Positions 44,149 through 53,903 of a DNA stretch of 64,000 nucleotides are shown here, in pieces. Under the pieces are notes generated by a model. That model saw only the letters and a program-made list of their open reading frames with translations, made no database searches and was not told the DNA's origin. Origin of the DNA: Patescibacteria group bacterium. Its GTDB lineage: Bacteria; Patescibacteriota; Minisyncoccia; Phycocordibacterales; JAKAEA01. Within the stretch, counting starts at the first letter, position 1. Each line of letters starts with the position of its first letter. A program made the position numbers and the translations under genes. The DNA is taken from contig JAZKCY010000001.1 of assembly GCA_040387855.1 (NCBI GenBank), positions 718,922 through 782,921 of the forward strand, written 5' to 3'.

Positions 44149-44670
44149 ATGCCAAAAGAAAAACGATCATTTTTTGAACGACTTACCGGAACAGTGAAAA
44201 TTGACCGACACGATCATGATGATGAATTAGATTTTGAAGAAGCACCTATCAAACCTGGAGTTCGACATATTGCCCCTGAACCAAAAACTATGCACAGACT
44301 AGAACAACAAGACGATTGGATTGAAGAATCAGCAGAAGAAGGACAATTAACTGTTGATGTGTATCAGACAGCAAATGATATTATTATCAAAACTATTGTG
44401 GCTGGAGTGCGTCCAGATGATTTAGATATTTCTATTAGTCGAGATATGGTAACTATTAAGGGTAAACGAGAAGAAGTACGAGAAGTTTCTGAAGATGATT
44501 ACTTCCATCGAGAGCTTTACTGGGGATCATTCTCACGAACAGTTCTTCTCCCTGAAGAAATTGATGTGGAATCTGCAGATGCACAAGAGCGACATGGCCT
44601 CCTCACTATCAAGCTTCCTAAGGTAGATAAGCGACGACAGACAAAATTGCGAGTAAAATCAAATACATAA
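44149..44670 (+). CDS. Hsp20/alpha-crystallin family small heat-shock protein
   Basis: The C-terminal alpha-crystallin domain reads 'LTVDVYQTANDIIIKTIVAGVRPDDLDISISRDMVTIKGKR...GSFSRTVLLPEEIDVESADAQERHGLLTIKLPK'. Confidence 0.8.
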   Translation: MPKEKRSFFERLTGTVKIDRHDHDDELDFEEAPIKPGVRHIAPEPKTMHRLEQQDDWIEESAEEGQLTVDVYQTANDIIIKTIVAGVRPDDLDISISRDMVTIKGKREEVREVSEDDYFHRELYWGSFSRTVLLPEEIDVESADAQERHGLLTIKLPKVDKRRQTKLRVKSNT

Positions 44671-44675
44671 AGCAA

Positions 44676-44710
44676 ACAAAAACACCCTGATCTACAGGGT
44701 GTTTTTGTTA
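44676..44710 (+). terminator. rho-independent terminator after the Hsp20 gene
   Basis: Stem aaaacaccctg/cagggtgtttt followed by a T-run. Confidence 0.7.
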
Positions 44711-44719
44711 CTAAACATA

Positions 44720-44795
44720 TGGTGCCGAGGGGCGGGCTCGAACCGCCGACCCCATCCTCTTCAGGGATATGCTCTACCAACTGAGCTACCTCGGC
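44720..44795 (-). tRNA. tRNA-Phe (anticodon GAA), with genomically encoded 3' CCA
   Basis: Reverse strand: GCCGAGGTAGCTCAGTTGGTAGAGC...ctGAAga...GGTTCGAGCCCGCCCCTCGGCACCA. It is near-identical to canonical bacterial tRNA-Phe. Confidence 0.85.
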
Positions 44796-44806
44796 ATAAT
44801 GATTAC

Positions 44807-45055
44807 TTACTCTGGCACATACATCGATTTGATCTCATCTACTGTTTTGAAAGCCTTCAGCACATCTGTTGTGTATGGCTTTATATAATAGTAGGTTACC
44901 AATGCAATTGCAATAATTACAATCAAGTATATGACCCGCGTAAACTTACGAATTACCGCTTCCCTATGTATCTTTCGCAAAATACGATTATTTTGCTCGG
45001 AAATCTGGAGCACTCGTTCTAACATGTCTCGCTCTTCCGGTAACATAGGTTTCAA
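44807..45055 (-). CDS. hypothetical small membrane protein (82 aa)
   Basis: The product has a TM helix 'VIYLIVIIAIALVTYYYI' and lies between two tRNAs. Confidence 0.4.
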   Translation of the reverse strand: MKPMLPEERDMLERVLQISEQNNRILRKIHREAVIRKFTRVIYLIVIIAIALVTYYYIKPYTTDVLKAFKTVDEIKSMYVPE

Positions 45056-45085
45056 GAGTATAGCATGAAATGGCTAACATTCAAG

Positions 45086-45157
45086 TGCCCGTGGTAGGAA
45101 TCGAACCTACATCTATCCCTTAGGACGGGACTGTTCTATCCATTGAACTACATGGGC
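45086..45157 (-). tRNA. tRNA-Arg (anticodon CCT)
   Basis: Reverse strand: gcccatg-ta-gttc-aatggatag-gaac-a-gtccc-gtCCTaa-gggat-agat-gtagg-ttcgatt-cctac-cacgggc-a. There is one A·C mismatch in the acceptor stem. Confidence 0.7.
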
Positions 45158-45175
45158 TGTAGCGGAACTATACCA

Positions 45176-45220
45176 GCAAAAAAGGCCTGAGACAATTTTG
45201 TCTCAGGCCTTTTTAAATCT
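45176..45220. terminator. bidirectional terminator
   Basis: 'aaaaaaggcctgagacaattttgtctcaggccttttt', downstream of the glutaredoxin-like gene on the minus strand. Confidence 0.7.
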
Positions 45221-45233
45221 TTCGAATTTAGAG

Positions 45234-45476
45234 TTATGCTGTTTGTTCAAGGAGAAGCTGTCGAAGAATTGGTTCATTAAATCCGATAACAACATCATCA
45301 TTAATTGCAATTACCGGCACTCCCATCTGCCCACTTTTATCTACCATTTCTTTTCGCTTTTCTGCATCAGTTCCGACATTGTATTCTGTATAACTGATAT
45401 TATTTTCCTTAAAGAAATCTTTTGCTAAATTGCAGTATTTACATACTGATGTTGAGTATATTGTTACGTTTTTCAT
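45234..45476 (-). CDS. glutaredoxin-like protein (NrdH/Grx family)
   Basis: The 80-aa product has the active site 'CKYC' and a thioredoxin-fold topology ('VPVIAINDDVVIGFN'). Confidence 0.8.
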   Translation of the reverse strand: MKNVTIYSTSVCKYCNLAKDFFKENNISYTEYNVGTDAEKRKEMVDKSGQMGVPVIAINDDVVIGFNEPILRQLLLEQTA

Positions 45477-45552
45477 ATATAAGTATTATCTTATGTATTA
45501 AATTATAGCATGTCGTTTATTGCATGCAACCACATCTATTATTGTACCGAAA

Positions 45553-45927
45553 TTATCTGAAAATATTCTTAAATTTGTCCCACCAGCCTTCTGGTTCTTG
45601 CATTATTGTGGTTGTAGGAGTTGTTTGATCTACAATGATAATCATTTGTTCCCCTGGCTTTGTAACTCCGTATTTTGAGCGGATTTCTTCTTCAATTCCA
45701 TCTTCAGTATTAAGACGCGACAACTCGCTTTTTAGTAAATCCTCTCTATCTTTTAGTTTAAGCATCTCTGCACGTGCACGTACTACATTTGCAGCACTTT
45801 CTTGTTCTTTTTGATACACACCCCAGGCAGCACGAGCAAAAAATAGCACCATGAGTGCCATTACAATCACCGTGGTTTTTGAGTAGAGTATGTGTTTAAA
45901 TTTTTTACGCTCTTGAAATTCCCGCAT
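45553..45927 (-). CDS. FtsB/DivIC-like septum-formation initiator (single TM plus coiled coil)
   Basis: The 124-aa product has a TM helix 'VIVMALMVLFFARAAWGVY' followed by a leucine-zipper-like coiled coil. Confidence 0.5.
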   Translation of the reverse strand: MREFQERKKFKHILYSKTTVIVMALMVLFFARAAWGVYQKEQESAANVVRARAEMLKLKDREDLLKSELSRLNTEDGIEEEIRSKYGVTKPGEQMIIIVDQTTPTTTIMQEPEGWWDKFKNIFR

Positions 45928-46074
45928 CTTCTCTATAGTATATAGCTATACATGATTGTGAGCAAAACAAAAAGAAAGATACTCAATGTAATCACCGTAG
46001 TAATCTGCGTAATGATTATTCTCAGTATGTTGGTAGCTTCTAGCGGACTTATTTATTAGCCCTATTTACTAATA

Positions 46075-47886
46075 CTAGTCTTCGTTTCGCATCATCTTCA
46101 AGAACACATCTTGAGGAATATTTACGTTACCCCGGCCACGTTCAAGCATCTTTTTCTTACCCTTTTTCTGCTTTTCTCGAAGTTTCATCTTTCGAGTAAT
46201 ATCTCCTCCATACATATGCTGGGTAACATCCTTTTTAAGGGCTGAAAGCGTCTCAGAAGAGATAATTCTACCCAAAGCCTTACCTTGGATCTTAGTAGTA
46301 AACATTTGACGTGGGAGGACACTATGGAGCCGAGTAACAGCTTTAATTGCTTCTTCTTCAACTCGTCGACGTGATACTACTCGTGAGAATGCGGCTACGA
46401 CTTCATCAGCAACAAGAATATCTAGTCTAGTTACATCGGCATCTCGCATTTCTGTAATCTCGTATGAAATAGAAGCATAGCCAGAAGACACACTTTTCAT
46501 TTCATCAAAGAATCCCCGCATAAGTTCTCGCAATGGCATCAAAGAATTGATTGCTGTTCGATCATCTCCAAATGTTTCTGTCTCGCCAATTTCTGCTTCG
46601 TGTTCAAACAAAAGCTGCATAGTAGGACCAATGTAATCTCCTGGCACAATAATCTTCATTGCTACCCACGGTTCACGCACAAGTTCTATCTCACTATCAT
46701 CGGGAAAATACACTGGAGAATAAATAATCACATCTTTACCAGACTGAAGCTTTACTTCATACGTAATAGATGGAGATGTAACAATAAGATTAAGATCAAA
46801 TTCTCTTCGTAGTCGTTCGGTAATGATTTCCAAGTGAAGCATACCCAAGAATCCACAACGGAATCCTCGTCCCAATGTTCCTGAAGTTTCTTCTTCATAG
46901 GTTAATGAAGAGTCAGAAAGCTTGAGCCGTCCAAGGGCAAGTTTTAATTCGGGAAAATCATCCTGACTTTCAGGATAGAGCGATGCCCATACCACAGGTC
47001 GTGGATTCATGTATCCTCCAAGCGCAGGTAATGGATGCTTTTGTGATGAAATAGTATCTCCCACTGATGCCACGCCTGGCTCTTTAATTCCCGTAACAAT
47101 GTAGCCAATTTCCCCTGCCCCTAAAAGTTCTCGTGGAGTTTCTGCTGGAGTAAAAATACCAACTTCAAGAGCTGTAAATTTTCGATCAGCGATCGTGAAA
47201 ACAAGGCCATCATTTTTTCTAATACCTCCGTCAATAACTCGCACATACACGATTACTCCTCGGTGATTAGAATACTTAAAATCAAACACAAGTGCTCGGC
47301 AGCCAAGTGTATCTACATATTCTGGTTTTGGCGGTGGTACTCTTTTTATTACCTCATCTAAAAGCGCCTGCACACCTTCGCCAGTCTTTCCCGAACACTC
47401 CAAGATTTCTTCAGGACTTACATTGAGTACACGTGAAATTTCTTCTTTTACATCTGCAGTACGTGCCAAAGGAGAATCAATTTTTGACAACACTGGAATA
47501 ATTTTGAGTCCCAAATCACGAGCCATACCAAGTGTGGTAAGTGTTTGAGCCTGAACACCCTGAGTTGCATCAACAAGCAAGATAGATCCTTCTACCGCTT
47601 TCAATGCACGTGACACTTCGTATGAGAAGTCGATATGACCTGGGGTATCGATAAGATTAAGCGTGTACTCTTCGTTACTTCCCGTAGGCTTAAACTTCAT
47701 TCGCACAGGCTGCATCTTGATAGTGATACCTCGCTCACGTTCAAGCTCCATGCTATCGAGCACTTGTTCCTGCATTTTTCGCTTCTCGATAGTATTGGTG
47801 ATTTCAAGCATTCGATCGGCCAAGGTTGATTTACCGTGGTCGATGTGGGCAATAATAGAAAAGTTGCGTATCTTCTGTAGATCCAT
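46075..47886 (-). CDS. lepA: elongation factor 4 (LepA)
   Basis: 'IRNFSIIAHIDHGKSTLADRML' is present, the LepA-specific C-terminal domain is conserved, and the length is 603 aa. Confidence 0.93.
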   Translation of the reverse strand: MDLQKIRNFSIIAHIDHGKSTLADRMLEITNTIEKRKMQEQVLDSMELERERGITIKMQPVRMKFKPTGSNEEYTLNLIDTPGHIDFSYEVSRALKAVEGSILLVDATQGVQAQTLTTLGMARDLGLKIIPVLSKIDSPLARTADVKEEISRVLNVSPEEILECSGKTGEGVQALLDEVIKRVPPPKPEYVDTLGCRALVFDFKYSNHRGVIVYVRVIDGGIRKNDGLVFTIADRKFTALEVGIFTPAETPRELLGAGEIGYIVTGIKEPGVASVGDTISSQKHPLPALGGYMNPRPVVWASLYPESQDDFPELKLALGRLKLSDSSLTYEEETSGTLGRGFRCGFLGMLHLEIITERLRREFDLNLIVTSPSITYEVKLQSGKDVIIYSPVYFPDDSEIELVREPWVAMKIIVPGDYIGPTMQLLFEHEAEIGETETFGDDRTAINSLMPLRELMRGFFDEMKSVSSGYASISYEITEMRDADVTRLDILVADEVVAAFSRVVSRRRVEEEAIKAVTRLHSVLPRQMFTTKIQGKALGRIISSETLSALKKDVTQHMYGGDITRKMKLREKQKKGKKKMLERGRGNVNIPQDVFLKMMRNED

Positions 47887-47927
47887 AGTGGGCCTATAAT
47901 AGCGTAAAATGGCTTAAATATCCAGTT

Positions 47928-49604
47928 CTAAGATTGAATCGTATCTGTTGGAATGATTTTTGCCTTCCAGATTCTTCGTTTGAGGGTGAGTGCAATATCG
48001 GTTAATTCTTTGCTTCGAAGGAGTAATAAAAGTGTAATTCCCACAAATATTCCGAGTATTCCAGATATAAATCCTTGGAAGAATATTCCCGCAAAGGTAT
48101 TAATATCAAAAACTATAGCAAACACATTCAAAAACTGGTGAGTTACTGCTCCCATTATGATTGCTGCTCCTAATGACTGAAAGAGCGTGCGGAGAACATC
48201 CTTTGAATAGCCTCTAAATTCCCTTTCAAACGATATCCAGTGCAATATCATATTGATAGTAGCTCCAATGGTAAATCCAAGTGGTAGCATAAGCACAGCA
48301 GAGCCTGGAATATCTTCAACTCGCAAAATAGTCTCAATGAAGTATCTAAAAATGCTTACTTCATTAAATACTCTCATAAGCATATATGAACAAGCAATTA
48401 TAAGAAATGCTGAAAAGAAGTTCATGAAGAGAGGCTTTTTAGTATCACCTCGCGAATAAAACGCACGTACAAAAAGCAGTGTGATACCCTGTGGAATAAG
48501 CGAAAGTGTAAACAGAGCAAGCCCTGCTGCAGTAAGCCGTGTATCAGACCAATCAAAATTTCCTGAACCCAAAATTACTCGAACAATCTGGGCTCGCAGC
48601 ACAATGAATAAAACCATAATAGGTACCGACCAAAAGATGATGTGTTTTGATGAGGTAATCATCTGCTCTAAGAATTTCTCTCTATTGCCTGAGGTATGAA
48701 GCCGAGCAAGAATTGGAAATGCCGCTAAAGAATAACTCACACCAATAATAGAAAGTGGTACGGACTGAAGATTCCATGAAAAATTGAATAGTGCAATTGC
48801 ACCACCTCCTACAGTAGCGGCAATAGAAATCAAAAAGAGTTTTGCAATTTCATTAGAAGAGATAGTGAGTGTTCGAGGTAAAGAAACTATCACTACTTTT
48901 TTAATAATTGAAAACTGTGCAGCTAAGTTTAAGCGTGGGAAAAGTGCTTTCTGATACACAAACGGTACTTGAATAAAGAAGTGAAGAAATGCTCCAAGTC
49001 CCACTCCCCATGCAAGCCCTGCAACTCCAAATAATGGATAAAAGAATACTATGCCGACAATAATACCAATGTTATAAACAACTGGACTTAAGGCATAGAT
49101 AAAGAAGCGTTTGTAGATTTGGGTAATACTAGCTAGAAAATTTGAGAACCCCAAAAAGATTGGTGACAAAAGCATAATCCGCGTCATCGTGACCAAAAGT
49201 GGAAAATCATCAGTAAACACAGGGAACAATAATCTTAACAACCAAGGAGTGAGAATGAATGCAACAATCGCAACACTACCAATGACAAAAAAGAAAACTG
49301 TAAAGATAGCATCAATAAATTCTTTTGCTTCTTTCTCTCCTTTATCCAATCGTTCCATCAAAAACGGAATAAGCACAGAGATAGAAACCACTGAGGCTAT
49401 CGATACAAACAAGAAGTCAGGAATTCTAAATGCAGCATAGTAAAGATCGAGCGTTGTCCCTGCTCCAAAAGAATGAGCCAATAATCTATCACGAATTAAG
49501 GCAAGAATCTGCGAAAGGATGGCAAAAAATCCAAGCAAATAAGCAGCCTCATGGAGGCCGCCTATTTCTTTATTCAGAAAATTAATTACTTTTCGTACCA
49601 TCAA
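47928..49604 (-). CDS. murJ: lipid II flippase MurJ (MviN family)
   Basis: The 558-aa product has 14 TM helices and the MurJ N-terminus 'AAYLLGFFAILSQILALIRDRLLAHSFGAGTTLDLYYAAFRIPDF'. Confidence 0.88.
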   Translation of the reverse strand: MMVRKVINFLNKEIGGLHEAAYLLGFFAILSQILALIRDRLLAHSFGAGTTLDLYYAAFRIPDFLFVSIASVVSISVLIPFLMERLDKGEKEAKEFIDAIFTVFFFVIGSVAIVAFILTPWLLRLLFPVFTDDFPLLVTMTRIMLLSPIFLGFSNFLASITQIYKRFFIYALSPVVYNIGIIVGIVFFYPLFGVAGLAWGVGLGAFLHFFIQVPFVYQKALFPRLNLAAQFSIIKKVVIVSLPRTLTISSNEIAKLFLISIAATVGGGAIALFNFSWNLQSVPLSIIGVSYSLAAFPILARLHTSGNREKFLEQMITSSKHIIFWSVPIMVLFIVLRAQIVRVILGSGNFDWSDTRLTAAGLALFTLSLIPQGITLLFVRAFYSRGDTKKPLFMNFFSAFLIIACSYMLMRVFNEVSIFRYFIETILRVEDIPGSAVLMLPLGFTIGATINMILHWISFEREFRGYSKDVLRTLFQSLGAAIIMGAVTHQFLNVFAIVFDINTFAGIFFQGFISGILGIFVGITLLLLLRSKELTDIALTLKRRIWKAKIIPTDTIQS

Positions 49605-49613
49605 TAATGTGTG

Positions 49614-52019
49614 CTATCGATCTTCTGTTTCTTCAGCTGCTGTATCATCTTTTAACGGTGGTCGTGAACGATCTTCAGGAGCATTATCAAGTGGAGGTTG
49701 TACTCCGGCAAATGGATCCTTTGCTGCTGTTAGATTTGTAAGAATAAGATCTATTTCTTTGTTATCAGGATTTGATTGCTTTAGCTCCTGGAATTGCTTG
49801 ATAGCTTCAGGATTCTTTCCTAATTTACTATAAGAAAGACCTAAGAAGTATTTTGCATTGGCATAATCTGGAGTCAGCGTAATTGCTTGTTCAAATGCTC
49901 CTACTGAACCAGTATAGTCTTTATTCTCATATCGTAAGAGCCCAAGTTGGAAGTATACACCTGAATTTGTAGGATTCAAGTATGCAGCATTTTCTACAGA
50001 TTTGATTGCGCTTGGTAGATCTCCCTCATTAATCTGAATTTGTGAGAGCAAGAATATTGCGTCAGTATAATCTGGCTTCAATCGTAGAGCCTCAGTAATT
50101 TCTGCTTTCGCTTTTGCAATATCCTTTTGTGCAACATCAAGTCGAGCTACAACCAATAAGATTGACGGACTCTTGGGATTGAGTCGCTTGGCTTCCATGT
50201 AGGCTTTCTGAGCTTCTGCATATGCTCCTTCAATATTGAAAGGAACAACAGATTCATATACTTTACCCAAACTCAACCAGTTTTGATAATTACTTGGATC
50301 ATTATTTACTGCACTTTGTGCTGCACCTTGAGCTCCAGCGAGATGCGCTCTAAACTGATTTTGCATAACCTCCTGAGAAATATCTTTACGTGAAAGAAGT
50401 ATATTTATTTTAATGAGATTGAGGTCAGTAAGAGTTCGGTAGTAGAGATCGTTATCACTAAGCTGAAGCGCACGTACCAAATTTTGCTCAGAAGCTTCAA
50501 CATTGGCATTTATATTTGCTTCTACGAGGGCCTTATTGTAATACACTGATGCAATAAATCGGCGACCTACTGCATAGGTAGAAATAATAAGTCCAATAAT
50601 TAGAACAATAAACACAAGTACCGATGCAAAACTTGTTCGTGGATCTTTTACAAAATTGAAGGCTCGTGTTTTTACAAGTCCCGCTTCAACGAGAGATGCC
50701 ATAAATACTCCAGTGAAAAAGAACGTGAGAATAAGTAAGGGAGCCGATGGAACATAGAAGAACAGGAAGATCCACAAATACAGTGAGAGAATAAATGATG
50801 AAACAAGAATAAATCGTGAGAATATATCTACAGTTCGAGTAAACAGCGCTTTAAAGCCCATGTAGAGAAACAGCACGAGAAATACTATCCACGAAAGAAA
50901 CCCTATAATTCCAGTTGTAACAAGAAACGTAGGGATAAGACCTATGCCGTAATTGAAATCAGTTCCCCAAAATACAGTACTGTTTATGACATCAGGTTTT
51001 GAGGTAAGCCACTCTGCTGAAAATCGATTTGGGCCAGCTCCAAACAATGGATCACGTTTGAGAGTCTGTTTTGCAATCTCCCATGTAGCTTGTAATGAAG
51101 GTCGTACTTCTACATTATCAACTACCAATCGGTTAAATATAGGTAGTGATCGATATAAGTTTCCTTGGAGGAGAATAAAAAACACTGAGATTATTAATAC
51201 AATAAGAGATACAACAGGTACAGTTCGCTTTGAGTCATCAGACTGTAGTGGCGACTCAGCATGCATATGCGCACGATTGAATGAGAAGTTATATACAAAG
51301 AAAATAAGAGCAAAGCCAGCAAGGATGTACCAAACAACACTGAAACTAATCACACTCAAGAAAAATAGTGAAATTCCAAGTATTGTTCCAATTACTATTT
51401 TCATCCACTTTTCAAGTTTTAATAGTTCAAGTGTAATGAATGAAAAGAGCGCAGCTAGACCAAAATAGATCCCCAAGTCATTCCATCCTCCAAGCAATGT
51501 CGATGTAGGGCCTGCAAATGCACTTAATGTGAGTATATTAGGTCCAAATAATAGACGGATAAACTGAAAGAGCGCCACAACTGGAATTGTGGCAATAAAC
51601 GCAAAGTATGAGTATACAACCTTTTGCTTTGTGCTAAAGAAATATGAAACAGCAAGTGCAAAGAATACGAGAGCTGCAATAAATAGTAAGCTACCTATTT
51701 CAAATCCCTGTCCTATGAGTGAGACGGTTTTTGCTGGAGATAATAATGCAGATACTGCATATGCAACTGGCACAACTGCAAGAGAAATAAATAATGGATG
51801 AGTAGGAGCTTTAATAATTCCATCTTTCAAACGAGCAATAGTACATACACACACACTTACAACAATTCCAATAAAAAGAAGTGCTACTTTTGAGAACTGA
51901 AACGGCACATACACAGAAGGAATAAAAAATATTGGTGCCAGAAAAATTACTAATAATATTGACCAATGCGCGATTTTGTCAGCCAAAAGTTCTTTTGGTG
52001 AGTGTGTATGATTTTCCAT
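49614..52019 (-). CDS. O-antigen-ligase/polymerase-like polytopic membrane protein fused to a C-terminal TPR-repeat domain
   Basis: The 801-aa product has about 12 TM helices in its N-terminal 450 aa, including the ligase-like 'DFNYGIGLIPTFLVTTGIIGF' and 'GAGPNRF'. At least 6 TPR units follow ('YYNKALVEANINANVEASEQNLVRAL', 'AEITEALRLKPDYTDAIFLLSQI', 'AFEQAITLTPDYANAKYFLGLSY'). Confidence 0.55.
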   Translation of the reverse strand: MENHTHSPKELLADKIAHWSILLVIFLAPIFFIPSVYVPFQFSKVALLFIGIVVSVCVCTIARLKDGIIKAPTHPLFISLAVVPVAYAVSALLSPAKTVSLIGQGFEIGSLLFIAALVFFALAVSYFFSTKQKVVYSYFAFIATIPVVALFQFIRLLFGPNILTLSAFAGPTSTLLGGWNDLGIYFGLAALFSFITLELLKLEKWMKIVIGTILGISLFFLSVISFSVVWYILAGFALIFFVYNFSFNRAHMHAESPLQSDDSKRTVPVVSLIVLIISVFFILLQGNLYRSLPIFNRLVVDNVEVRPSLQATWEIAKQTLKRDPLFGAGPNRFSAEWLTSKPDVINSTVFWGTDFNYGIGLIPTFLVTTGIIGFLSWIVFLVLFLYMGFKALFTRTVDIFSRFILVSSFILSLYLWIFLFFYVPSAPLLILTFFFTGVFMASLVEAGLVKTRAFNFVKDPRTSFASVLVFIVLIIGLIISTYAVGRRFIASVYYNKALVEANINANVEASEQNLVRALQLSDNDLYYRTLTDLNLIKINILLSRKDISQEVMQNQFRAHLAGAQGAAQSAVNNDPSNYQNWLSLGKVYESVVPFNIEGAYAEAQKAYMEAKRLNPKSPSILLVVARLDVAQKDIAKAKAEITEALRLKPDYTDAIFLLSQIQINEGDLPSAIKSVENAAYLNPTNSGVYFQLGLLRYENKDYTGSVGAFEQAITLTPDYANAKYFLGLSYSKLGKNPEAIKQFQELKQSNPDNKEIDLILTNLTAAKDPFAGVQPPLDNAPEDRSRPPLKDDTAAEETEDR

Positions 52020-52085
52020 ATAGATGTTTCTCTATTATAGAGCAATGTATGCCTCAACAGCAACGCATAAGTGTGCATAATAAGC

Positions 52086-52116
52086 AGAAACCACATGCTA
52101 TTAACATGTGGTTTCT
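52086..52116 (-). terminator. terminator of the RNase P RNA gene
   Basis: On the minus strand, 'agaaaccacatg-ttaatag-catgtggtttct' lies immediately after the RNA 3' end. Confidence 0.6.
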
Positions 52117-52123
52117 GATGTGT

Positions 52124-52421
52124 ATGCCTTGCATCGATAAGCCGAATTCTGTCGTGGATAATCATTTATCTGGGCCCACCCTTACGAGTGAGCTCAAGCG
52201 GCACTCCCAACTCAACCTTGCGGCTTCGTGGGCTCGGCCTTGCACCTAGGTAAGAATTTAGCCGTTTCACTCCCACTAAAGGGATTCGTCACTGTTCGCA
52301 TCTCGGTAGCTCGCATACAAGCTACGACGGGCGTTACCCGCTACCCTACTGCTCTTTCAAGCAAGTGTTCGGACTTTCCTCACCTCACCTTGCGATGAAG
52401 CGCGATTATCTAATGCAAGAT
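52124..52421 (-). ncRNA. rnpB: RNase P RNA (bacterial type A, compact ~300 nt)
   Basis: The reverse strand contains universally conserved blocks: '...GGUGAGGAAAGUCCGAACAC' (P4 5' strand, compare E. coli GGGGAGGAAAGUCCGGGCUCC); 'AGGGUAGCGGGUAACGCCCG' (compare AGGGCAGGUAACGCCUGGG); and 'CAGAUAAAUGAUUAUCCACGACAGAAUUCGGCUUAUCG' (compare CUAGAUGAAUGACUGUCCACGACAGAACCCGGCUUAUCGG). P1 is cuugcau/augcaag. A TTGATT-16-TATAAT promoter lies at 52428-52455 on the minus strand. Exact ends are ±5 nt. Confidence 0.88.
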
Positions 52422-52460
52422 ACCAGTATTATAGCATATTTACAGAGAAAATCAAGGATC

Positions 52461-53885
52461 TTATCCAATGATTCCTTTTACTACTCCCTTCAAAAGTTCA
52501 GGATTTGCAGAACCCTTTGTTGCTTTCATTCCCTGTCCTACAAAAAACATAAGTGCAGCTTCTTTTCCAGCTTTATAATCAGCAACCACTTTTGGATTGT
52601 CATCTACAAGTTTTTGCATAATTGCTTTTAGTGCACCCTCATCGTTTTTCTGAAGCAAATCATTCTTTTCAGCAATTGCCATTGGAGATCCACCCTCTTT
52701 ATACATGAGCGCAAGCAAATCTTTTGCCACACGTGAGTTCACTTTATTTTCACCAACCATTTTTATGAGTTCAGCAAAATCGTTTTCAGCAATCGGTTTT
52801 TGTGCCCAGAACTCCGGTTCTTTACGAACCATTCCTAAAAGATCAGAACTAATATAGTTTGAGGCAAGCTTAATTAGCTTTTTATCTGCGTTTAGATGCT
52901 TTATGAGCGATTCAAAATAAACTCCCCATTCTGGTTGAGTAATGTACACTTCAATATCATCATCTCGAAGTTCAAATTCTTTTTGATAGCGAGTTCGCTT
53001 ATCCCATGGTAATTCACCAAGTTCTTTCTGAAGTTCTGCTTTAGCAAATTCAGGAATTTCACTGATTTTTAGCTTTGGTAGATCGGGATCTGGGAAATAT
53101 CGGTAATCATGAGAATCTTCTTTCTGGCGCTGCGAATACGTACTCTGCTTTGCTTCATTCCAGCCACGAGTTTCCTGCACAATTGTTCCTCCACTTTCCA
53201 ATACTTCTTGATGTCGAGCTATTTCATAGTTGATAGCTTTCTCTACAGTTCTAAAAGAGTTGAGATTTTTGACTTCAACTTTTGTACCAAATTTTGTAGG
53301 ATCATCAGAGATAGAAATGTTTGCTTCCACACGCATTTCGCCTTTTTCCATGTTTGCTTCTGCAACACCTAGATATCTTAGAAGCAATTGTAATTCTTTT
53401 GCAAAAGCAACAGCCTCTTCACCTGAGTGAATTACTGGTTCGGTTACAAGCTCCATCAATGGCACACCTGCTCGGTTGTAATTCACCAGAGAATAATCAC
53501 CAGTTTCATGCTGTGATGTTCCTGTATCTTCTTCTAAATGGACTCGCGTAATTTTGAATCCCTTAAGTGATCCTCCAGAAACGAGTGGATACTTATACTG
53601 AGATATTTGATACCCCTTTGGAATATCTGGATAAAAATAATTCTTTCGATCAAATTCAGTAAAGTCAGCCAAGTCACCACCAAGTGCCAATCCCACTTTT
53701 AATACATTCTTAACTGCCTGCTTATTGATAACAGGTAATGTTCCTGGATGTCCCATACATACAGGACAAATATTTACGTTAGGTCGCTTTTCATCTGGAT
53801 CGTTCTTTGAGTTACAGAACATCTTTGTCGCAGTAGCGAGCTCAGCGTGGATTTCAAGCCCAATTGTGGCGGTGTAGGTCTTCAT
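52461..53885 (-). CDS. gatB: aspartyl/glutamyl-tRNA(Asn/Gln) amidotransferase subunit B
   Basis: The GatB N-terminus 'YTATIGLEIHAEL' and 'ICPVCMGHPGTLP' are present; 474 aa. Confidence 0.92.
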   Translation of the reverse strand: MKTYTATIGLEIHAELATATKMFCNSKNDPDEKRPNVNICPVCMGHPGTLPVINKQAVKNVLKVGLALGGDLADFTEFDRKNYFYPDIPKGYQISQYKYPLVSGGSLKGFKITRVHLEEDTGTSQHETGDYSLVNYNRAGVPLMELVTEPVIHSGEEAVAFAKELQLLLRYLGVAEANMEKGEMRVEANISISDDPTKFGTKVEVKNLNSFRTVEKAINYEIARHQEVLESGGTIVQETRGWNEAKQSTYSQRQKEDSHDYRYFPDPDLPKLKISEIPEFAKAELQKELGELPWDKRTRYQKEFELRDDDIEVYITQPEWGVYFESLIKHLNADKKLIKLASNYISSDLLGMVRKEPEFWAQKPIAENDFAELIKMVGENKVNSRVAKDLLALMYKEGGSPMAIAEKNDLLQKNDEGALKAIMQKLVDDNPKVVADYKAGKEAALMFFVGQGMKATKGSANPELLKGVVKGIIG

Positions 53886-53903
53886 AGACTCATCCTAACA
53901 TAT

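Noticed and set aside
45950-46058. 35-aa hydrophobic + strand ORF (MIVSKTKRKILNVITVVICVMIILSMLVASSGLIY) between lepA and the FtsB-like gene
   Set aside because: It is too short, has no SD, and runs opposite to both flanking genes. It could be a real micro-peptide, but there is nothing to support it from sequence alone.
51932-52631. ORFs 51932..52249 (+), 51950..52165 (-) and 52365..52631 (+)
   Set aside because: They overlap the RNase P RNA gene and its promoter and terminator. There is no coding signal, and the region is explained by rnpB.
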